A stretch of DNA of 63,953 nt, filler included, from Kipferlia bialata (taxonomy: Eukaryota): the NCBI GenBank assembly GCA_003568945.1. It is 7 parts of 7 records of this genome, joined end to end, with 100 filler letters (N's around TTAATTAATTAA, not from the genome) between each part and the next. Parts side by side here need not be neighbours in the genome. Positions count along the whole stretch, not along the records: positions 60,340 to 63,953 come from BDIP01001201.1; 6 more parts are not named here. One strand, given 5' to 3'. A program made the translations under genes and the position numbers. This document shows positions 63,895 to 63,953 of the stretch, piece by piece. The notes beneath the pieces are model-generated. The model did no database searches and was not told where the DNA came from. It saw only the letters and a list, made by a program, of their open reading frames with translations. How positions within the stretch are numbered: the stretch's first letter is position 1; each line of letters begins with the position of its first letter.

Positions 63895-63953
63895 CTGGGG
63901 TGAGGGTGGTTAGGAAATGGGGGGGGGGGGGGGGGCCCCCCTCCTCTTTTATA

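Noticed and set aside
1..63953. tRNA, rRNA, transposase or reverse transcriptase genes
   Set aside because: None recognised by eye. tRNAscan-SE, Infernal and repeat searches were not run, so small RNAs could have been missed.

Overview
Eukaryotic, intron-rich genomic DNA. It is not one locus: seven contigs/scaffolds are joined by artificial 100-nt N44-TTAATTAATTAA-N44 spacers, and there is one real N gap at 19994-20976. Several features point to an anaerobic metamonad protist, most likely a free-living fornicate such as Kipferlia bialata (inference, not verified): branch points fused to the 3' splice site, (TA)n/(CT)n/(GA)n-rich introns, a clostridial-type 2[4Fe-4S] ferredoxin and a malic enzyme with an organellar-type presequence. 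About 20 genes, most of them spliced, were assembled by hand: STE20-family kinase, arrestin-domain protein, two LRR proteins, BTB protein, ferredoxin, BPI/LBP-like protein, malic enzyme, a degenerate Hsp70(HSPA12-like)-ARM-LRR fusion, a Kelch protein, a UPF1-like helicase, a type I membrane protein, a class III cyclase, a C2H2 zinc-finger protein, RecQ and several hypotheticals. The most striking unexplained signal is 'exon shadows'. These are partial copies of an exon, with one splice site, lying in the neighbouring intron. Many differ from the exon almost only at synonymous codon positions. In one case (17754-18114) a complete second version of an exon is split in two around the intact exon.
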